NCBI GenBank assembly: GCA_964016885.1
Contig: OZ024760.1
Location: 20,150,001-20,214,000 of the forward strand
Direction: 5' to 3'
DNA: 64,000 nucleotides
From: Eledone cirrhosa
Taxonomy: Eukaryota
Every line of letters begins with the position of its first letter. The first letter of the stretch is position 1. Below are positions 56,248 to 64,000 of this stretch, piece after piece. The position numbers were made by a program, and so were the translations under genes. A model generated the notes under the pieces. The model was not told where the DNA came from, did no database searches, and saw only the letters and a program-made list of their open reading frames with translations.

Positions 56248-56600
56248 TAATATAAGATCAAAAGATGGTTAAAAGAGTTCCAAGTATTTTATTATGCGCA
56301 TTTCAAAAACAAATATCATCATCAGATAAAATAGGGAGACATGATATGAAGCTTAAAAAACACTTGCGAGCAGTGAAGTGTTAAATCAGCATATCATGTC
56401 TCCCTATTTTATCTGATGAGAACGCAAATATCATCCCGTGATGATATTTGTTTTTGAAATGCGCATAATAAAATACTTGGAACTCTTTTAACCATCTTTT
56501 GATCTTATATTATTTATACTCCAGTCCTATAAACTGTGGAGTGCTACTTATCTGATATTTGCATTGCTTTATTGTGCTACAATAAAACTCACCTCCTACA
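56248..56600 (+). mobile_element. Fold-back hammerhead element (family B)
   Basis: Same termini and tail as 40565-40993. Confidence 0.8.
56405..56475 (+). ncRNA. Minimal hammerhead ribozyme (family B)
   Basis: TATTTTAT CTGATGA gaacgCAAATATCATc..ATGATATTTGttttt GAAA TGCGCA TA^ATAAAATA. The opposite arm (56284-56333) has lost helix II. Confidence 0.82.
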
Positions 56601-57392
56601 TATATATATATATATATGTGTGTGTGTTATGTATATATGTATGTGAGATTGTGTGTGTGTGCTTGTGACTGTGTGCATCTACCTATGTATATGTGTGTGA
56701 TTGTATTTATGTATATGTGGGATTGTGTGTATGTATATATGTGTGTGCGTGTATGTATATATGTGTGTGTGCGTGTATGTATACGTATATGTGTGTATGT
56801 ATGTGTAACAGGAGACTGGCTTTGTTCTGTCTTGGACAGAATCCAAATCTCAACAGCTGTTTCATATTTGTCCCGAATGGATGATACCTGAACACACACA
56901 CATATATACACACACACACGTGTATATATAAACATACATATATACACACACATCTATACACACACACGTGTATATATAAATATACATATATACACACACA
57001 TATATATGTACATACAAACACATATGCACACACACACATATATATATATTTTCCATTGACTTTGTCCTGTGCGCTCCCTATTTTGATTATGTGTATATAT
57101 ATATATATATATATATAAGTTAAAACAATGAAATAAAAAAATTAACCTTACATAGATCGATATCGAAGTATAGTTACGATGTGTTATCATCACCTAGAAA
57201 CAATCGTACAGCAGTGAAGTATATTTCTAATGACTTGATTTTTTATTTCATTCTTTTAACTTATATCATGACTCTGTTTTCCTTTTAATGTTTTATTGTT
57301 TTCCGGGATTTATTTTAACCTACAACATTTTCAACATATGGATTACATTGAGTTCTTCATGCAGAATAGACCCCACAACTTACTGTGGATAC

Positions 57393-57437
<45 letters not shown>

Positions 57438-58061
57438 TACATACATAGATACAAACATACATATATACACACACACATATATATACAGACACCACACATA
57501 GCCACAGTAAAAAAGGGAGTCTTCTCTCATGCTCACTGCTCTTTTGAAGTCTTCCAGAAGCCAGACTTACAAGATGTACAAATTCTATGCCTATACCTTA
57601 AATGGCTGGTCGTGATAGTAGGATGTTGGTAAAAAAGGGAGTGTTTGTATTGAAATTGCAAGGATAGTCGATAAATAATCAGTTGATTGAAGTTTTTTCC
57701 CACATCCCACCATATTCAGATTGCAAGAATGTATTTGAGTGGTTGTATTGGCACCACAACAGAAAGCACCCAGTTCACTCTGTAAAGTGGTCATGGTGGT
57801 ACTACAACAAAAATAGCACCCAGTCCCTGCCCACTGTATTGTGGCCGTTGGTACTACAACAGAAAACACCCAGGCCACCCTGTAAAGTTGCTGTGATTGT
57901 ACTACAACAAAAATAGCACTCATTGATAAACAACATAATATAAATGCTAATATAAATGAGGGCGGTTGACCGGGTTAGTACCAGCTAAATGTTCGGTCGC
58001 CCTCATGTCTCTGATTTTCAGCCCCATGGATTTTGTCTATTATAGACCTTTGTTATATTTC

Positions 58062-58703
58062 GAACTCAATTTATTGTGTGTTACAATTGTTTCCCCGGCA
58101 AACAGCTCAAGGTGCGATCCGTGTGTGGATCTACCTGACTCTAGACTTGCCGGGGAAACAATTGTAACACACAATAAATTGAGTTCCAATGCATCACTGA
58201 TTTTTCGTTTTCCATTCTATAATACTCTGCTCCGTAGTAGGCGCATAAAGTGCTCAACCGGCATACCGCCTATGGAAGCATCTTAGCTATATGTCTAATA
58301 GACATATATATATATATATATAAAATATTAAAAAAATAATGAATAAAACAATGAAACAGTTCCTTATATTAAACAAAAAAAGTTCATTATTTAACGATCG
58401 TTTCTAGGACATATATGTGTTAGAATTGGCATGCATATTCAACAGATCTATGTACAAAATTATACAAAATTATACAAACTATCAAATATAATATACATAC
58501 CAACACATACATATGCCGTCTTCAGAAATAATCTGTTTCATTGTTTTATTCATTATTTTTTAAATATTTTATCTTGACTCTGTATTCCGTTTATCTTTCA
58601 CCGAAAGTGATTTTTGAATGCATCTCTTCTTTCCTTGATATCCGGATTACATTGAGTTCTTCATACGGATTGGACACTACCGTAAACTCTTGGTAGATTT
58701 ATC

Positions 58704-58747
<44 letters not shown>

Positions 58748-58986
58748 TTATGTAATAAACAACATAAGGCAATTATACCATTTACCAGTGGTTTCTTAAA
58801 AGCAAAAAATTTTGCTTTCAATCCTCAGAATGAAAAAATCCTGGTCTGTTTATTGAATTTGGATTTTTAAAAAACCACTGGTAAATGGAATAATTGCCTT
58901 ATGTTGTTTATTACATAACTATTAAGCTCTGTTACCTACATAGAGCACTCTTTTTTCCTGGACTTTTCCGACGGAATTACTTCATT

Positions 58987-58990
<4 letters not shown>
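58062..58990. mobile_element. Cluster of three fold-back elements (58062-58290, 58321-58705, 58746-58988)
   Basis: Each has terminal inverted arms plus a tail, separated by (TA)n. The first has GAAACAATTGTA^ACAC; the second has a full hammerhead. Confidence 0.7.
58386..58532 (-). ncRNA. Hammerhead ribozyme with very long stem-loop II
   Basis: ATTATTT CTGAAGA cGGCATATGTATGTGTTGG..(~75 nt)..CTAACACATATATGTCCta GAAA C-GATC-G TT^AAATAAT. Confidence 0.75.
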
Positions 58991-59057
<67 letters not shown>

Positions 59058-59100
59058 CAAAATGTTAACAAATGAAAAATATTGTCATAATCAAAATATA

Positions 59101-59163
59101 TACTTTATTATACATATTTCAAAGGTACTATGGTGTTTAAGTACGTTTTCATCAGACAAAATA
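59101..59163 (-). ncRNA. Minimal hammerhead ribozyme (family A-related)
   Basis: TATTTTGT CTGATGA AAAcGTACT..AGTACcTTT GAAA TATGTA TA^ATAAAGTA. Confidence 0.75.
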
Positions 59164-59290
59164 TATGATTTGATATGTGACATACCGTTACGGTCTTGAT
59201 TATTCAATTCCAGTATTGTTGAGTGCTTCTAATCTATTGTAAAATTGTATTCGTTGAGTAATCAACGAACCATACTAATCTTTGGTTATA

Positions 59291-59733
59291 TCATCATCAT
59301 CATCATCATCATCATCATTTTACATCCGCTTTTCCCTGCTTGCAAGGGTGGGACGGGAACTGATTCTGGCTTGATTTCTACAGCTGGATGCCCTTCCTAA
59401 CACCAACCTCATTTACAGTGAGTGCTGGGTGCTTTTTCGCGGCGCCTACACGTCCACTTTACAGTGAGTGCTGGGTGCTTTTTCGCGGCGCCTACACGTC
59501 CACTTTACAGTGAGTGCTGGGTGCTTTTTTGCCGTGGCACCTCCATGATCACTTTACAGTGGAATGATAGGGACCCCAGTCCCTATCATCTCATTTCTAC
59601 AGCTGAGTAAACTGGAGCAATGTGAAATAAAGTGTCTTGCTCAAGGAAACAACACATCACCCGGTCCGAGAATTGAACTCACAATCTTTCGATTGCAAGG
59701 CCAATGCTCTAACCACTAAGCCATATGCCTCCA
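59291..59733 (-). mobile_element. Full-length SINE family 1 copy with internal 46-bp tandem duplication
   Basis: Complete head to (ATG)n tail; duplicated tttacagtgagtgctgggtgctttttcgcggcgcctacacgtccac. Confidence 0.88.
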
Positions 59734-60271
59734 TATATATATATATATACCTCATACAAACCCTGAGCCCTTAAAATCACCGCACAAAATACAATTATTG
59801 CCCAATAATAATTTTTTTTAAATCCACCCCTCCAAATCTTCCCCCACCCACTATATGGTGTTATATGTAGAACTGGTGACCTCAACTTTATGCTGGTCAT
59901 AACATAAACCTGATCTACAAACTGTTAATTACATATAAACTCAATGATCTGATACTTGTTAACACTGATATCACCTCTCTCTCTCTCTATCACCTGTTCT
60001 CTCTTTTTTCCCTCTCTATCCTCTTCTCTCTATTACCTTTTCCCTCTCTATCTCTCTCTTTCTCCCTCTATCACCTTTTCTTTCTTTCTCTTTCACTATA
60101 ATCTTTTCTCTCTCTCTACCTGTCACATTTCCCATCTCACGACTACGTTCTCTCCCTCTCTCTCTCTTCTCTCCTTTCTAATCCTGGCCTTGTTATTATC
60201 TAAATTTCTATCTTTTTCTCTCTCTCTCTCATCATATGTATGTATCTGTTTCTCTCTTTCCCTCTCTTTCA

Positions 60272-60311
<40 letters not shown>

Positions 60312-60384
60312 TTCTCGCTCTCACTATATGTATCTATCTGTCCTGCTTTCTCCCTCTCTCTTTCTCATCATTTGTATATATCTT

Positions 60385-60461
<77 letters not shown>

Positions 60462-60533
60462 TTCTATCCGGGAATAACTTGAACCGTTAAGGTCTCATTC
60501 CTGGATATGTCAATATTTATAAAACAAACTTTG

Positions 60534-60594
60534 TATTTTATCTGAAGAGGGCGTACCAAAGTTTTGGTGCCCTTGAAATATATGTAATAGAATA
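60534..60594 (+). ncRNA. Minimal hammerhead ribozyme (family A variant)
   Basis: TATTTTAT CTGAAGA GGGcgTACCAAA..TTTGGTGCCCtt GAAA TATATG TA^ATAGAATA. Confidence 0.75.
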
Positions 60595-60633
60595 AATATG
60601 GTTTTATAAATATAGTTTCCATTTTTTTAATAT

Positions 60634-60689
<56 letters not shown>

Positions 60690-61317
60690 CCCTTCGTCAG
60701 TCATTTGCCAACCATGCGACGAAATATTAATGATGGTTGGCAAATCACTGACGAAGGACTATTTTTATCATATGTAACCCATGTGCAACCACGCAATATT
60801 CTTCTTTCTTCTCATGTTTTTTATATATATATATATATATCTAACGCAAAGAAATACCTATGATTCCTAGCAGACAACTGACGATGGATATTGCCCTCTT
60901 TCGCCCGTAACTTTTATTTTGATTATATCATCATCATCATCATCATCATCATCATCGTTTAACGTCCATGTTCCACGCTTGCATGGGTTTGGACGGGAGT
61001 TTTCCCACTTGAGGCAAGAGTGGTTGTCTTGCTCGCCTAGGACTGTCTGGCGGGTTTTCTACAGTTGGATGCCCTTCCTAACACCAACCACATTTACAGT
61101 GTGGGGCTGGGAGGTTTTTACCGTGTTGCCTACACGGCCACATTACAGCGTGGACTATCTGGCGGGTTTTCTACAGCTGGATGCCCTTCCTAACACCAAC
61201 CACATTTACAGTGTGGGGCTGGGAGGTTTTTACCGTGTTGCCTACACGGCCACATTACAGCGCGGACTATATATATATAATCAAAATAAAAGTTACGGCC
61301 GAAAGAAACACACACAT

Positions 61318-61360
<43 letters not shown>

Positions 61361-61835
61361 AGTTTATCCCGGGTTCAATAGGGGGTAACCACAGTAAGTA
61401 AGGTACTCAAAAAAACAAAGTAGAGTATAAATATTTAATATTCGGGAGAACCAGGGCTTCCTGATGAAACAGTTCTAGTCCTGTAGAAGCCTTTTCTATA
61501 TTAAATATATATATATAAATATATATAAGCAAGAAAGTAAGTGTTGGTAAAATCCAGTACTTCAGTATGAGGATAGGCAGCACTCAACGAAGATATAAGT
61601 TCCGGAGTTATGATAGTGACGAAACATAAGTCAATTGCATGAACTCATAATCCTTTATTTACTGCTATATATATTTCGATGATAGCCAATGAATGGCTAT
61701 GACCTCATCGGGCAGTCAGTTCTTAGATATGCCAGTTCTGTGTGTATAGTGTTGATGGGACATATGAGATATGTCCCAAGGCTCTGATACCATCAACACT
61801 ATAAACACAGAGCTGGCATATCCTATAACTGACTA

Positions 61836-61891
61836 ACTGCCTGATGAGGTCATAGCCATTCAATGGCTATCATCGAAATATATACAGCAGT
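61836..61891 (+). ncRNA. Hammerhead motif with mutated cleavage triplet (ACA); the inverted copy at 61661-61716 has a mutated core (CCGATGA)
   Basis: ACTGC CTGATGA ggtcATAGCCATT-c-AATGGCTATcatc GAAA TATATA CA GCAGT. Confidence 0.65.
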
Positions 61892-62104
61892 AAATAAAGG
61901 ATTATGAGTTCATGCAATTGACTTATGTTTCGTCACTATATATATATATATATATATATATACTACACTATACTATATATATATATATACCTTTCCAACA
62001 CTAATTTGCATAATAAATCAACAATAAATCCAGGAGATTCCAACCAGAATGGTTGCTTTTTTTAAGGGTATGTCAATATTTATTTATAAAACTAACCTAT
62101 ATTA

Positions 62105-62170
62105 TATTTTATCTGATGAAAGCGCACCATAGTTTGCTCTGGTGGCCCTTGAAATATGTATAATGAAATA
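62105..62170 (+). ncRNA. Minimal hammerhead ribozyme (family A)
   Basis: TATTTTAT CTGATGA aagcgcacca..tggtggccctt GAAA TATGTA TA^ATGAAATA. Confidence 0.78.
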
Positions 62171-62282
62171 AATATGGTTTTATAAATATAGTTTCCATTT
62201 GTTAATATATTGTATATATATATATTTAATATATATATATATATTTAATATATATATATATATATATTTAATATAGAAAAGG

Positions 62283-62325
<43 letters not shown>

Positions 62326-62495
62326 AAAGGCTTATATATATATATATATATATAATATAGAAAAGGCTTATATATATATATATATATATATTTAATATAG
62401 AAAAGGCTTCTACAGGACTAGAACTGTTTCATCAGGAAGCCCTGGTTCGGCCTTCCTGATGATTTCTCCCGAATATTAAATATTTATACTCTACT

Positions 62496-62686
62496 AAGGC
62501 GGTGGATTGGCAGTATCGGTAGAGGTTCGGACGCCATGCTTTGACGCATAGAGTTACGGCCCTTGCCATTCTGAGTTCAAATCCCGCCGAGGTTAACTTT
62601 GCCTTTCATCCTTACGGGGTCGATAAAATAAAGTACCAGTAATGTACTGGGTAATTTTCTGGCCTTGTGCCAATAGTAGAAACAAT
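62496..62686 (+). mobile_element. tRNA-derived SINE family 2; other copies 10756-10948(+), 25407-25584(-), 33178-33292(-), 38597-38735(-), 29497-29620(+)
   Basis: GGCGGTGGATTGGCAG head, GAGTTCAAATCCC B box, ~20-bp TSD ttaaatatttatactctact. Confidence 0.85.
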
Positions 62687-63447
62687 TAAATATTTATACT
62701 CTACTTTGTATTGAGTACCTTACTTACTGTGGTTACCCCCGATTGAACCCGGGTTAAACTTATGTATATATATATATATATGTGTGTATGTGTGTATGTG
62801 TGTGTATCTGTCTGTCTCGCTTTCTCTCTGTTATAATATATATCTGCACTTTCTCTTCCTCTCACCATATGTATGTATCTGTCTGTCTCTCTCTTTCTTT
62901 CCATCTCACCCTCTCTTTACCTACATCTCTATCAATTCTCCATTCTCTCTCTGTTTCTCCTTACCTTTCATTACATTTGTAAAACTCCTCCCCCCCCCCC
63001 GCCTCCCGTCTTCACGGTTACCCCTCCTTCCTCCTCATATATTTTACATTCCGCCTCCACCCGCCGCATCCTTTAACTCCTTTTCCCCCGCCATCACCGC
63101 CGTTTCTCCCGTCAAAATTTATTCTCCTAATTTCACCATCACCACGTCAACACCACCACCATTAGCACTAACTACTTCACCACAACCACCACCACCACCA
63201 CTACCAGCACAACAACCACCACCACCACCAACACTACCAACACTACCAGCACAACACCATCACCACCACCAGAATCCCCAATACTACTACACCGTCACCA
63301 CTACCACCACCTCCACTACTACCACCACCACCACCACCACTACTACCACCACCACTAATTACTTCACAACGGAAAGAAATGACATACAACCACATGTAGA
63401 GAAAGAGGTGACAGTGTGGAGGTAGTAGTGGAGAGATAGTGACAGAA

Positions 63448-63484
<37 letters not shown>

Positions 63485-64000
63485 GAGAAATATTTAGAGA
63501 GGCAGGGACAAACTGCGAGGCAGAGCGGGAGAGAAAGAAAGTGTAAAGCAAAGAGAGAAAGAGGGGCAGGGACAAAGTGCGAGACAGAGAGGAAATGAGA
63601 AGAGGAGAGAAAAGCTCAACATTTCTCTACCCCAGTCAACAGTGAGGTGTACGACATATTGACACATACATCTCATATACTTGGTCTCAAGCTAAACTAT
63701 AAACCCTCAACTTATATTTCAACAACTGCCCACTTTAATGGATATATCAGGACTCCTATTTCACTTATTTAACCAATTTTTCACTCCCGTTATTTCTGCT
63801 GCTCCTGGCTATATTTTATACAATATATATTCCGTGAGGGGTTTTTTGGGGGGTTCAATTTAATAATTATTAAAGGATGTTTTTAATCTCAACGTCTACG
63901 GTAAGAAAAAAGCTTATGTATTTTTATTTTTTCTTGATCTTTTACTTCTTTCTGTCAGTTGATTGCGGCCATGCTGGAGCACCGCTATTGCCTTTCATTT

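Larger units (their letters stand above)
61355..62765. mobile_element. Nested stack: outer ~150-bp inverted repeat enclosing two hammerhead elements and a SINE
   Basis: 61355-61510 is inverted at 62390-62765 (SINE inserted in the arm); inner palindrome 61613-61939; family A copy 61990-62215. Confidence 0.7.

Noticed and set aside
56805-56892. Unique 85-nt island open on both strands between microsatellites
   Set aside because: No convincing donor site or recognisable motif; cannot be supported as an exon.

Overview
Repeat-rich eukaryotic genomic DNA, probably an octopod cephalopod (inferred from the SINE/RTE repertoire and extreme microsatellite load). It holds one complete gene: a 9-exon, 291-aa mitochondrial succinate dehydrogenase iron-sulfur subunit (SDHB) on the minus strand (ATG 23066, stop 7983, all GT-AG junctions in frame). 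The last coding exon of a convergent WD40-type gene lies at 4780-4860. The rest is TEs (RTE, CR1 and CRE-like LINE pieces, tRNA-derived SINEs, a DD37D/maT transposon, Helitrons, a piggyBac-type MITE), minisatellites and microsatellites, and most long ORFs in the track are repeat artefacts. The main unexpected signal is a dense set of short non-coding elements, mostly inserted in (TA)n tracts and often built as a fold-back palindrome plus a unique tail. They carry type I hammerhead ribozymes (CUGANGA...GAAA...UH, usually with a minimal palindromic helix III), matching Penelope-like pseudo-LTRs. I read about 13 near-intact motifs from several families plus many broken ones; one lies sense to SDHB just past its stop codon. 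All readings are by eye, ribozyme activity is untested, and repeat boundaries are approximate.
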